From contig JBIQJB010000010.1 in the NCBI GenBank assembly GCA_044507735.1, positions 1 to 64,000 of the forward strand: DNA of 64,000 nucleotides. The letters are read 5' to 3'. The translations under genes and the position numbers were made by a program. This DNA comes from Nitrosopumilales archaeon (GTDB lineage: Archaea > Thermoproteota > Nitrososphaeria > Nitrososphaerales > Nitrososphaeraceae). This document shows, piece by piece, positions 19,754 to 29,233 of the stretch. Below the pieces are notes generated by a model that did not search any database, was not told the DNA's origin, and worked only from the letters and a program-made list of their open reading frames with translations. Within the stretch, counting starts at the first letter, position 1; every line of letters starts with the position of its first letter.

Positions 19754-19789
19754 CTGGTGCTAACTGTGTGCACACACAGTTAGCACCAG
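19754..19789. repeat. Perfect 17-bp inverted repeat with 2-nt spacer
   Basis: CTGGTGCTAACTGTGTG-CA-CACACAGTTAGCACCAG. Confidence 0.9.
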
Positions 19790-19916
19790 GAATGAAAGAA
19801 TCGTCACCATGGAGCACATTCCCGGCAAAATTTCTTGATCTTTTGCAAAGACCACGGTCTTTTTTCGATACAAATTGGCAAATAGGTTGATATGTCAAGA
19901 GGTTGCTATATTACAT

Positions 19917-20234
19917 ATGGACAGCACACTTAGGCCGGTTTTGAAACGTCAGATGCTCTTGCTTGGCGCAAGCCTGGGAGTGGGACTGCTTGTAACCTTC
20001 CTAACTGGCAGTGTGCTGATCGGTCTGGCTGTCAATATCGCCATCATGATCGGTCTGATATTCTATATCAGGAAAAAGCAGCAAGGAGCGCTCAGGACAC
20101 TCGGCTTGGGCGACTCGAGCGCGGGCTACAGTAGTGGCGGCAAGCTGAAATATGTCTGCCTGTCGTGTGGCGCAGAGGTAAAGGGTTCAAGGTGTGGCAG
20201 TTGCGGCTCGAACATGAAAAAGCCTTTATTTTAG
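19917..20234 (+). CDS. Small membrane protein with C-terminal zinc ribbon
   Basis: Two TM helices followed by CLSC...CGSC. Confidence 0.75.
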   Translation: MDSTLRPVLKRQMLLLGASLGVGLLVTFLTGSVLIGLAVNIAIMIGLIFYIRKKQQGALRTLGLGDSSAGYSSGGKLKYVCLSCGAEVKGSRCGSCGSNMKKPLF

Positions 20235-20474
20235 TCGGCCGCTGTCGGAAAACCAGATCCCCTTTGCCTTCCTTCTTTCGTTGATTATCAAGAACACACC
20301 CGTGGCAGACGTCACTGCTACGATCGCAGCCGGCAGCCGGATGTCGGCCTGGTCGTACAGCTCTCCTGTTGACGGGTTGAAGGAAAACGAAGTGGCATAA
20401 GCGCTAGCGGTCATGAAGAAGAGGAGTGCGACAGGCACGATAAGAATCAGATACCTCACAAGTATTTCAAGCAT
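20226..20474 (-). CDS. Small two-TM hypothetical protein
   Basis: Two hydrophobic segments and a basic C-terminus; AT-rich promoter-like region upstream. Confidence 0.55.
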   Translation of the reverse strand: MLEILVRYLILIVPVALLFFMTASAYATSFSFNPSTGELYDQADIRLPAAIVAVTSATGVFLIINERRKAKGIWFSDSGRLK

Positions 20475-20620
20475 TTAGTGACATATAATACTTATCATAG
20501 AAATTTCATTTTATGATATATTGAAAAAATTCGAGTTTTTACATACATATGGGTGGCTGTACCTCTCCCCTCGCCCGACCTCAACAACTTATTAAATCCA
20601 AAGAGCATCAATTTCTACAG

Positions 20621-20902
20621 ATGAGCAAGACCTGTCTGAAATGTGGTAAGGATATTGTGGAACCCGTTGACGACCCGGCGGCAGACAAGTACCCCGCATG
20701 TGCAGCCTGCTGGAAAGAATGGACCACTTATGCTGTAATGGTAATGAACGAACTGAGGCTTGACATGTCACTACCAGAACACAGGAAAGCATTGCGCAAG
20801 TATGAGCGCGCGTTCTTTGGGCTTGAAAAAGGGATAGGAGAGATCGAGAAAAGACCAGACAACCCGGAAAGCCAACAAGGCAGCAGCGGCCACACCCATT
20901 GA
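20621..20902 (+). CDS. Fe(II)-trafficking protein, YggX-like, with extra CxxC
   Basis: CAACWKEW...MVMNELRLDMSLPEHRKAL resembles the YggX core; N-terminal CLKC. Confidence 0.75.
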   Translation: MSKTCLKCGKDIVEPVDDPAADKYPACAACWKEWTTYAVMVMNELRLDMSLPEHRKALRKYERAFFGLEKGIGEIEKRPDNPESQQGSSGHTH

Positions 20903-20926
20903 CGCCATCTGATTTTATTATTATTA

Positions 20927-21382
20927 TTATTTCAAGCCAATGGCTTTCAGCGAGTCCTCCGGGACCATCTTTAATATTTCATTCCTGTTTGGCAAGGACA
21001 ACAGCACTTCCTTGAACGAGTCGGTTATGCGCTCTCGCTGCTTTTGGTCAAGTGACAGGAAAGTCTGGGTCAGCAACTTGAAATCCAGTTTTTCAATAGA
21101 ATGAGGGTTTGACGACAGTATCTGCCTGCAGTAGGTCTGGAACATTATCATCCTCTTTTCCGGCTCAAACTCAGACAACACCTCAAGCCATGTCTTGAAC
21201 AGCACAGATAGCTTGACCTGATCTATAGTGGGTGCAGCCGACAGCGCGAGGCGGATCGTTTCCTGCCTATCCTCGTCGCTCATTGCATAGAATTCCTTTA
21301 GTCTGCTCTGCAGCATCGGCTTTCGCAAAAAGTCCGGCAAGTTTGCAAGTATCTGTATGATGTTTCCAGCGGCGTTGCTCAC
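20927..21382 (-). CDS. Conserved hypothetical alpha-helical protein
   Basis: Clean ORF (MSNAAGNIIQILANLPDFLRKPML...) divergent from purA. Confidence 0.75.
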   Translation of the reverse strand: MSNAAGNIIQILANLPDFLRKPMLQSRLKEFYAMSDEDRQETIRLALSAAPTIDQVKLSVLFKTWLEVLSEFEPEKRMIMFQTYCRQILSSNPHSIEKLDFKLLTQTFLSLDQKQRERITDSFKEVLLSLPNRNEILKMVPEDSLKAIGLK

Positions 21383-21468
21383 GCGATTGCTGCGCGTGCA
21401 GGGGAATTTATCTTCTTGCAGGGATGGATTAAATAGCCACATCTTATGAGAGAATGAGTGTACAGCAT

Positions 21469-22473
21469 ATGCCGTGTCTCGTGACAGTTGGCGGATTTTA
21501 CGGAGACGAAGGGAAGGGCAAGATCATTGCCTATCTCGCGAAAAAGGACAACCCTGTCATTGCAGTAAGGGGAGGCGTGGGTCCAAACGCCGGGCACACA
21601 TTTACTTTTGAGGGCAAGGAATACAAGGTGCGCATGCTTCCAAGCGCGGCGCTCAACCCGACTACAAGGCTCCTGATCGGTGCTGGTGTGCTTGTCAACC
21701 CTCAGGTGCTCCTAGAAGAGATTGCCATGTTTCAGGCCGACGACAGGACGTTTGTTGACGCCCAGTGCGGCATAATCGAGCAGACACACATTGACAGGGA
21801 CAAGGGCGAGGATCACCTCAAGAGCAAGGTGGGCACCACTGGAACCGGAACCGGGCCGGCAAACGCCGACAGGGCTCTCAGGACGCTCAAGCTTGCAAAG
21901 GACATCCCAGAATTATCACTCTATATTGAAGACGTGAGCAACTCGGTAAACTATGCGCTTGAAAGCAATGAAAAAGTGCTGGTCGAAGGTACCCAGGGCA
22001 CGTACCTTTCGCTGTTCCACGGCGGCTACCCCTACGTCACATCAAAGGATGTGACTGCATCCGGCATCTGCTCTGACATAGGCATCGGACCGAAAAAGGT
22101 AGATGAGGTGCTGGTGGTGTTCAAGGCATACGTCACCCGCGTTGGCGGCGGGCCCCTCCAGAACGAGCTGAGCGAGGAGGAAGCTAGAAAGCGCGGATGG
22201 CTCGAATTTGGCAGCGTGACGGGCAGACAGAGGAGGGCTTCGCCCTTTGACATGGATCTTGCCAAGAAGGCAATCAGGGTGAATAGCGCAACCCAGCTTG
22301 CGGTGACAAAGTTGGATGTGCTCTACCCGCAGTGCGCCGGCGTCAGGGAATACGCCAAGCTGCCGGCAGACGCAAGGAAATTCATCGAAGATATCGAAGG
22401 CGAGACTGGCCTCAAGGTTACCCTGATTGGAACCGGCCCTGAGCTTTACGACGTCATTGATCGCCGATCATAG
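21469..22473 (+). CDS. purA: Adenylosuccinate synthetase (short archaeal form)
   Basis: GGFYGDEGKGK, GPNAGHT, GTTGTGTGPA, EGTQG, YVTRVGGGP, VTGRQRR, TKLD. Confidence 0.96.
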   Translation: MPCLVTVGGFYGDEGKGKIIAYLAKKDNPVIAVRGGVGPNAGHTFTFEGKEYKVRMLPSAALNPTTRLLIGAGVLVNPQVLLEEIAMFQADDRTFVDAQCGIIEQTHIDRDKGEDHLKSKVGTTGTGTGPANADRALRTLKLAKDIPELSLYIEDVSNSVNYALESNEKVLVEGTQGTYLSLFHGGYPYVTSKDVTASGICSDIGIGPKKVDEVLVVFKAYVTRVGGGPLQNELSEEEARKRGWLEFGSVTGRQRRASPFDMDLAKKAIRVNSATQLAVTKLDVLYPQCAGVREYAKLPADARKFIEDIEGETGLKVTLIGTGPELYDVIDRRS

Positions 22474-22772
22474 CCGGCGACAATAGCCTTTACCATATCC
22501 CTGCACGATCGCAGATCATAGAGCAGTTTTTTCTTGTCAGACGACGATGACAGGTCGAGTTTGGCAAGCATTGACCTTGCCTGCGCAATGTCTACTACCT
22601 GCTTTCCTGCCGGCTTGGGTGGCTGCTGCCCTTCAATACCATGCCTAAGCTTCAGGTCTAGGATGGCATATTCAAGCGCAACATATGCCCGCCAGAGCGA
22701 TGCCCTGTCCGGGTTGTTTTCGCCTGCGACAATTGTCTTTGCCCTGTCAACAAGCTCTGCCAGCTTGTCCAA
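22446..22772 (-). CDS. Hypothetical protein
   Basis: Helical ORF with LWRAYVALEYAILDLKLR; divergent TATA region at about 22785-22810. Confidence 0.65.
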   Translation of the reverse strand: MDKLAELVDRAKTIVAGENNPDRASLWRAYVALEYAILDLKLRHGIEGQQPPKPAGKQVVDIAQARSMLAKLDLSSSSDKKKLLYDLRSCRDMVKAIVAGYDRRSMTS

Positions 22773-22821
22773 ATTGCGATGACTTTAATATCGCAGGTTT
22801 TAACAATATTGCGATTTCGAG

Positions 22822-23502
22822 TTGCCCCTTAAAGCGCCCTGTTACATAAAGCTGGCTGACCTGAAGGACTTTGGCAGGCTGGTTTGCGCGCTTGAGAGGA
22901 CTCCGTTGCCGGCATTCTCGCTACAGTTCGAAAATCACAACGTACTCGCCGCCCAGACAGATATCATAAACGGCAGGCCAGTCATCTACTATGCAGACAG
23001 CGATTCAAAGGACGGGCAGTATCTTGCATATCGTGTGAGCAATGGCACCGAAGAAGTATCGCTTGCCGGCTCTGTAGACAACCCTACTTTTGTCTACTCG
23101 CCGATCCTGAAGGTTGAGAAATTCCCTCGAACCCTTTCAAGATCGGCCAGGGTGCAAAAGAAATCAGGCTATACGGTCATAAAGCTCAAGGATCTGGCAA
23201 GCTTGGCGAAGGTGGCCGCCTACAAGACAATCTACGACGAGCCGCCTCTGCCGCTCTTCCTGTTCAAAGAGCCCAGAGGCAGAATAATCCTTGGCACCAC
23301 CATGAGCGCAACTGACAACGATACTGTGTCATACTTTTACTATGTCGTGCTAGACGAGGAACCAAAAGAGCCATTCCTCCGTTACTCCAGCCAGAGGATC
23401 GAGCAGCCTGCATTTTCGACGAGGCTGGACGAGCATGGCTATGTTTACCTCAAAGTGATAAGGCTTGCAGCCGACCACCCGCTGGTAAAGACATATGACT
23501 AG
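22822..23502 (+). CDS. Conserved hypothetical protein (two-fold internal repeat)
   Basis: The IKL.DL..l.r pattern occurs twice; overlaps the pyrF start. Confidence 0.75.
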   Translation: MPLKAPCYIKLADLKDFGRLVCALERTPLPAFSLQFENHNVLAAQTDIINGRPVIYYADSDSKDGQYLAYRVSNGTEEVSLAGSVDNPTFVYSPILKVEKFPRTLSRSARVQKKSGYTVIKLKDLASLAKVAAYKTIYDEPPLPLFLFKEPRGRIILGTTMSATDNDTVSYFYYVVLDEEPKEPFLRYSSQRIEQPAFSTRLDEHGYVYLKVIRLAADHPLVKTYD

Positions 23503-24253
23503 ACCATTCAGAGAAAGAATCGCCGAGGCAGCGGCCGCCAATAAAAGCCCGATAGTTCTTGCACTCGACCCGCCCGCAAGCAGGCGCGGTCTTGCCAAGT
23601 TTGCAGAAAAAACTATCCGCGCAGCTGGGCAACACGTTTGCGCCATCAAGATGAATTTCCACCTGATCCTCCCGCTATCAGCCGCCGAAATATTGCAGAT
23701 AAACAAGGTTGCTCATTCTTATGGCCTGCAGTCCATTGCAGACATTAAGTTAAACGATATTGAAAATACAAATGAAGTTGCAGTAGAGCACCTTGTAAGG
23801 AAGATGGGATTTGATGCGGTGATAGCGAACCCCTTTATCGGCAGAGGCGGCTTGGCGGCCCTTGTGCAAAAAGCACACAAGCTCAATGCTGGCGTCATTG
23901 CACTTGTCTACATGAGCCACCCCGGGGCAAAGGAGGGTTATGGTTTGGAGGTTGCAGGTAAGGGACTGTACAGGACGTTTTTTGAGAGGGCCAGAGAAGC
24001 CGGCGCAGATGGCATCGTGGTCGGAGCCACCCAGCAGGACATTTTGCGAGAAGTGGGAAGCGACAAGTTGTTGCCGGTTTATTCGCCGGGTGTCGGGGCG
24101 CAAGGAGGAGACGCAGCTCAGGCCGTCAAGAACGGCTCCGATTACTTGATAATAGGCAGGTCGATAGTTGAAGCGAGGAGACCCGAGAGGGCCGCAAGGG
24201 AAATCAAAGAACGCGTATCACCGCTACTACTGCATTCACCTGTACGCAATTGA
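23495..24253 (+). CDS. pyrF: Orotidine 5'-phosphate decarboxylase
   Basis: LALD, DIKLNDIENTN, VVGAT, SPGVGAQGG, IIGRSI. Confidence 0.93.
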   Translation: MTRPFRERIAEAAAANKSPIVLALDPPASRRGLAKFAEKTIRAAGQHVCAIKMNFHLILPLSAAEILQINKVAHSYGLQSIADIKLNDIENTNEVAVEHLVRKMGFDAVIANPFIGRGGLAALVQKAHKLNAGVIALVYMSHPGAKEGYGLEVAGKGLYRTFFERAREAGADGIVVGATQQDILREVGSDKLLPVYSPGVGAQGGDAAQAVKNGSDYLIIGRSIVEARRPERAAREIKERVSPLLLHSPVRN

Positions 24254-24670
24254 ATGCTGCTGTAGGTAATCCCTCGCAGCCGTCAGCAGATTCTTGGCAT
24301 TGCGATAGCTCAGCTGTTCCAGCGCCTCGTCAAATTTCTTCCATGCAAATCCAATGTGCTCATGAGAAAGCGTCACCTGCCTGGTCCTTGTCCGTGCCAG
24401 AAACAGCACAACTTCCTTGTGCACGAGCCTGCGGCCATGCCGGTACTTGTAGTCAATCTTCATTCGAAAGCCCTCTAGAAACTCGACATCGGTGATGCCT
24501 GTTTCCTCCCGGATCTCCCTTGTTGCAGCCTGCTTTTCATTCTCGCCGGCCTCGATGTTGCCCTTTGGAAAGTCCCAATGGCTGGCCGTGTAGTGAAGCA
24601 AAAGGTATTCCGGTTCTGCAGTACCTTCAAGGTAGAATACTACTGCACCGGCTGAACGCTCGTCTATCAC
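24236..24670 (-). CDS. NUDIX hydrolase (Ap4A hydrolase-like)
   Basis: HWDFPKGNIEAGE...AATREIREETG Nudix box; LSHEH. Confidence 0.9.
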   Translation of the reverse strand: MIDERSAGAVVFYLEGTAEPEYLLLHYTASHWDFPKGNIEAGENEKQAATREIREETGITDVEFLEGFRMKIDYKYRHGRRLVHKEVVLFLARTRTRQVTLSHEHIGFAWKKFDEALEQLSYRNAKNLLTAARDYLQQHSIAYR

Positions 24671-24712
24671 TGATTGGAGATTGTCAGGGTTGTTTGTAAG
24701 TTTTTTGCAGAA

Positions 24713-24883
24713 TCAGTCTTCATTATCATTGTCTATTTCTTCTCCTGATCCTTCTTCCGGTGAGAGCGTTGGCGGAGCATAGTCATGTATGTCTAGCCAT
24801 TCTTCCTGGCTCATCCAATAGCTACAGAACCATTTTTGCTGCTTGGGGTCAAAATCGCCGTGCTGCTGCATATTTGATTGCAT
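24713..24883 (-). CDS. Small hypothetical protein (not in ORF track)
   Basis: Hand translation gives MQSNMQQHGDFDPKQQKWFCSYWMSQEEWLDIHDYAPPTLSPEEGSGEEIDNDNED*; starts 7 nt after the DUF373 stop and fills the gap. Confidence 0.6.
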   Translation of the reverse strand: MQSNMQQHGDFDPKQQKWFCSYWMSQEEWLDIHDYAPPTLSPEEGSGEEIDNDNED

Positions 24884-24889
24884 TCGCCT

Positions 24890-26056
24890 CTAGTGTTTGA
24901 AGATTTCTCCGCCCTTTTTGTTCCTGAAATACTGGAACAGGAACGTCGCGGCAACGAGTGATATTGCGAGCCCGATCAGAAGCGACGAGATCAGAGTGAA
25001 CGGGTTCGTGCCTTCAGTAAGCACGGAGGTAAACTGGAGTACGGGTATGTACAGCAACGCAAGCACTGCAAGGCGCAAGATGTCTGACATTATCCTTGAG
25101 CTGCCCTTGAACCAGTCGCTCAGCAAGGCCCCGCCCAGGATGGTGGCAATGCCAATCCAAAGTAGCGTGATGGTGCCTGTGGCAAAGCTTCCTACAATGA
25201 CCATGTTGCTCAGAACATCAAGCGCGCTCATGTTCGGTCTTAGCGTCTCATGCGGTATGCTTGAAATGCCGTTTGCTATAGATGCCAGTATGATGAGCAC
25301 TCCGGCGATTATAGAGAATATCTTGATGAAGGATGTCGGTGTAAGCCTGCCAAACGATCCTATCGTCTTGTCGATATCAAACGCCCTGACAATGAACGCG
25401 CCGCCAAGGATCGCAAGTATGATGGCAGTGATCCACTTGCCTGCATCAAAAATTACTGCAAGAGCGCCTGCTGCAAGCAGGACTCCGGGCACCCCCAAGA
25501 AGAACTTGGAGTACTGCGAATCGTAAACCAGCATCTTTAGATATCGGCCAAGCACCGCATACGAATACTCAACGCTCCTGCTGTGCCTGATGATAACGCG
25601 CTGGACCGAGATCACCGGCACCCTTGACTGGATCACTGGAAGAACGGTCTCATCGTCCTCCCCATCTGAAACAACGACTGCACCATCTGCATGATATTTC
25701 TCAAGGATGCTTTTTACCTCGAGGCTGATCTTCTCGTCGGCCTCCACCCCTCTGTTGAACTTGCCCGCTACCACCGCGACTTCGGCAGTATAGCCCTTGC
25801 TCACAAGCTCCTCATACGTCTTGACAGCGCCAAAGATTGCATTAGAGTCCGCATCCTCCGGGTCCTCGATTGCCAGCCTTGTGCCGGCATTGATGCAAGC
25901 GTCACGTCCGACAATAGGCGTCTCGATGCCACCCTTTGTGCCAATGTCATCGTCCCTGTCAATGCAGAGGACGAGAACTTTGCTGTGCGTAGCCTCCTTT
26001 AGGTGGCCAGCCTCTTTGGCGGGGATGCTCTTCTCAAAATCCGGGTGCGTTGGCAT
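24890..26056 (-). CDS. DUF373 family membrane protein
   Basis: LVLCIDRDDDIG.K, DPEDADSN, VSDGEDDE followed by multiple TM helices. Confidence 0.88.
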   Translation of the reverse strand: MPTHPDFEKSIPAKEAGHLKEATHSKVLVLCIDRDDDIGTKGGIETPIVGRDACINAGTRLAIEDPEDADSNAIFGAVKTYEELVSKGYTAEVAVVAGKFNRGVEADEKISLEVKSILEKYHADGAVVVSDGEDDETVLPVIQSRVPVISVQRVIIRHSRSVEYSYAVLGRYLKMLVYDSQYSKFFLGVPGVLLAAGALAVIFDAGKWITAIILAILGGAFIVRAFDIDKTIGSFGRLTPTSFIKIFSIIAGVLIILASIANGISSIPHETLRPNMSALDVLSNMVIVGSFATGTITLLWIGIATILGGALLSDWFKGSSRIMSDILRLAVLALLYIPVLQFTSVLTEGTNPFTLISSLLIGLAISLVAATFLFQYFRNKKGGEIFKH

Positions 26057-26166
26057 CTTCGCTGTCAGTACTTTATAGAATTGTTTACAGGTTAATTAAT
26101 TTAATCAACACTAATCCGGGGTTATTCGGTTTATTAGCATGATCTCTCAATACTAATCTCAATTTA

Positions 26167-26757
26167 TTACTTGAAGTTGAGGCAGACAATATAGAGCTCG
26201 CTGCTCTGTTGTCTGCTTGCCGAAGGCTTGCTAACAAGCACCCGGCCAAAACTCTTTCCAAGCTCTGTCCTGAACTCCCTCAGCATGTCACCCTCAAATA
26301 CCTTGAACACGGCGCTGCCTCCCTGTCTCAAGACTTGTCGGGCGAAATTGAGCGCAATCGTCGAGAGCGATATCTGCCTTGCGTGGTCGATCTCCCACAT
26401 CCCACTCACGTTAGGTGCAAGGTCTGAGAGAACCGTATCTGCCTTGCCATCCAATGCTGTCGCCACTTTCTCCAGCATGGAAGGGTCTTCGATGCTCCCC
26501 TGCAGCACCATTGCGCCCGTGACAGGCTCGACCGGCTTGATATCGATGCCTACAACTCTACCAGCAGGTCCTACCTCTTTTGCTGCCACCTGCAGCCAGC
26601 CCCCCGGCGCACACCCGAGATCTACTACTTTGGTGTTCTTTTTGAGAATGTGGTAAGATTCGTTCAGCTGCAACAGCTTGTAGGCGGACCTTGCGCGGTA
26701 CCCTTGTTCTTTAGCCAGCCGACGATACTGGTCTTTGCGCGCGTCAGCTAGTCTCAT
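26167..26757 (-). CDS. rlmE: 23S rRNA 2'-O-methyltransferase RlmE/RrmJ
   Basis: GYRARSAYKL, DLGCAPGGW, LSDLAP, KVF.G, KPSASR..S.E.Y. Confidence 0.93.
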   Translation of the reverse strand: MRLADARKDQYRRLAKEQGYRARSAYKLLQLNESYHILKKNTKVVDLGCAPGGWLQVAAKEVGPAGRVVGIDIKPVEPVTGAMVLQGSIEDPSMLEKVATALDGKADTVLSDLAPNVSGMWEIDHARQISLSTIALNFARQVLRQGGSAVFKVFEGDMLREFRTELGKSFGRVLVSKPSASRQQSSELYIVCLNFK

Positions 26758-27173
26758 TTTTTAGAAACTTCGGGTAGCTTTTGCGGGGTCGCGTTATTGT
26801 TGTTCTTGTTGCTATTAAAAGAATTGAGCAGCCAGTCTTCAATCAGGTTGCAGCTGGTGGGGCTGTACGAGCCGTCAAGAGAACACATGTGCTCTACGGG
26901 GCATGTCAAGCACGGTGCCGCTTCAATGCTCGTGGTGTCAACCGGCAGCTTGACGGCAAACAGTTTGTACGTCCACCGGCCGCTCTCGAGGATCTTTTCG
27001 CGACGGATGAGCGAGCGCTTTTCCAGTCGCAGGGCCACACGAGAGCCGTCCCGGCTGGTCAGGTCCAGCTCTTTCCAGAGTTCGGACTGCAGAATGCCGT
27101 CCTTCCCGTTGCTGATTATCGTGCGAAAAACTTTGCCGGTGAGATCTTCAATTTGAGTTTCGCTTAATTTCAA
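26754..27173 (-). CDS. Transcription factor E beta subunit (RPC34-like; wHTH plus Fe-S cluster domain)
   Basis: GILQSELWK..L.SR..SR...RLE wHTH followed by PCLTCP...C......P..C..I..W, the four-Cys pattern of archaeal C34/TFE-beta. Confidence 0.75.
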   Translation of the reverse strand: MKLSETQIEDLTGKVFRTIISNGKDGILQSELWKELDLTSRDGSRVALRLEKRSLIRREKILESGRWTYKLFAVKLPVDTTSIEAAPCLTCPVEHMCSLDGSYSPTSCNLIEDWLLNSFNSNKNNNNATPQKLPEVSKK

Positions 27174-27281
27174 TCGACATAACCCCGAAGTAAATCATCC
27201 ATGATTATCGATGAACCGATAAATAACCCTTTTTGACCCGAAAGCAATGGCAAAAAAATTGGTGCTGAAATTTTTGACGGA

Positions 27282-28817
27282 TTATTTGGCACTCTTCTTT
27301 TTGCTTTCCTTTGAGCCAAATATCCTGTCAAAATAGTCTGTCGACTCAGGCACATTCTCTGCATCCTCGCCTTCCTTGACCTTTGCGAGCCTCTTTGCGA
27401 TCTTTTTCTTGGTTTCCAGTTGCATCTGTCTTGCAATCTGGATCCTCTGTGCCTGCGGGGACCCTGCACCATGCATCGACTCTGTCAAATAGCCGACGGC
27501 GTTTCTTCCAAGTGTCATGTTTTCGATAAGCCGCAGTATCCTTATCCTGTTTTCAGTCGACACCCCCTTCCTTCCCTTCAGGTACTTCTCAAGCAGAGGT
27601 CCGACATCCGGGCTGCGAAAGTCCTTCTCAGAAGGCATGGTGACCATAAGACCGCCGGCAATGTCCTGCGCGAGTCGGCCAATCTCGTATGGGAACCTTG
27701 TTACATTGTGCTTGCACACATTTGCGAGCATGTCGTCGTTTTGCCAGTTGCCGGACGCTGTCTGGTGTGCCTGATGCGAAGAAGCGATTCCCGCAGCAAA
27801 TATTGTCTCATTGAGGTGCGTCATTTCCACCAGCTTGTCCCTGATGTGCGATGCGTTTGATACGCCGTTGTAATCCGCGATGGCTGCCGCCGCGCCAATC
27901 AGAGCGTCGCCAAGGCCTGTCTTGCACACATAGCTGCGGCGGTGGTAGCACGTAAAGCGCTCCACAAGCATTGCAGCAAAGTCATATTCGCCATTCATGA
28001 ATATCAGCTCGTTTGGAATGAAGACGTCCTTGAAGATTATCATGGCTTCCTGGCCTGAGTACATCACGTTGCCTGCATCGATTTCTCCGCCTTCCATGCT
28101 GCGAGTGTCGCATGACTGCCGGCCATAGATGTAGGTGATGCCTGGCGCGTCCACAGGAATAGCGCCTACTATGGCATAGTCCTTGTCCTCTTCCTTGAGC
28201 CTCATGGTGGGCATGACAATTATCCAGTGAGAGTTGATGCAGCCCGTCTGGTGAGCTTTTGCGCCTGTGATATAGACCCCCTTGCTGTCGCGCTTTGTGA
28301 CGTGCACAAACATGTCAGGGTCTGCCTGCTGCGACGGCGAAAGGCTACGGTCGCCCTTGACATCTGTCATTGCCCCGCCGATCACCAGATTTTCGCGCTG
28401 GACCATCTTGATGAATTCTATCAGACGCTTGTGATAGGTGGTGCCGTACTTCTGGTCAATCTCAAAAGTAGTAGAATATAACGAATTGAGCGCATCCATA
28501 CCCACGCATCGCTGGAAGCACGTGCCGGTGAGCTGGCCAAGTTTTCTCTGCATTCTGTTCTGATCCACAAGATCCTGTGCGCTTTCTGCAATGTGCAGGA
28601 ACCTGTTGACCTGCAAGCCAGACAGCGAAGATTTCGCCGAAGCTAGCTCTGGCTCCTGTACCGCTAGATCATAGGTCTCTGCAACCGCGTTTATTGATGG
28701 CCGGATAATCGGGTGGTCAACCGGCTCTTTTACAAGTTCTCCAAAAAGATAGACCTTCAAATTCCTGCCTCTGAGGCTTTGGATATACTCGGCCCCGTTC
28801 TTTATTGGCATCTGCAA
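27282..28817 (-). CDS. hcd: 4-hydroxybutyryl-CoA dehydratase (3HP/4HB cycle)
   Basis: TGTCFQRCVGMDA, GAMTDVKGDRS, GAKAHQTG, HRRSYVCK, ESMHGAGSPQAQR. Confidence 0.95.
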   Translation of the reverse strand: MQMPIKNGAEYIQSLRGRNLKVYLFGELVKEPVDHPIIRPSINAVAETYDLAVQEPELASAKSSLSGLQVNRFLHIAESAQDLVDQNRMQRKLGQLTGTCFQRCVGMDALNSLYSTTFEIDQKYGTTYHKRLIEFIKMVQRENLVIGGAMTDVKGDRSLSPSQQADPDMFVHVTKRDSKGVYITGAKAHQTGCINSHWIIVMPTMRLKEEDKDYAIVGAIPVDAPGITYIYGRQSCDTRSMEGGEIDAGNVMYSGQEAMIIFKDVFIPNELIFMNGEYDFAAMLVERFTCYHRRSYVCKTGLGDALIGAAAAIADYNGVSNASHIRDKLVEMTHLNETIFAAGIASSHQAHQTASGNWQNDDMLANVCKHNVTRFPYEIGRLAQDIAGGLMVTMPSEKDFRSPDVGPLLEKYLKGRKGVSTENRIRILRLIENMTLGRNAVGYLTESMHGAGSPQAQRIQIARQMQLETKKKIAKRLAKVKEGEDAENVPESTDYFDRIFGSKESKKKSAK

Positions 28818-29233
28818 ATTAACTAGTACCCGAATGTTATTTATATTTTCTCAGCTTTAATTCGGCAAAAAACTGTTTAGTTTTGTTGTAGATCTTGCAT
28901 GATTCTACCGGAAAGACATTACCAGAAGCCAGGCGAGAAAGCCCACAGGCTTTACAGTAATTCAAAAATTTGCTGATGTATGATGATTCTTCTGTAGCTT
29001 TCTACTACTATCCATATTCATGCACACAAGTGGGCGAGGTTCATCTGAGTACCGAAGATATAGGATAGGCGTAAGCTCGTCATTTTGACTGCCTCATCAA
29101 ACATGGCATTCCCAAAGCATTTGTGTCGTCTGGACACCACCAAGTTATTTGGAGTAATTACATGCGTTGAAGAAAGAGGCCTTGGTATCCTGCATAATGA
29201 CGAAATTTTGATCTACTGCAGCTGTGGGAGTAG

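Noticed and set aside
28980-29048. Box C (ATGATGA) ... box D (CTGA) sRNA candidate upstream of hcd
   Set aside because: There are no convincing internal D'/C' boxes or terminal stem, so it is consistent with chance.
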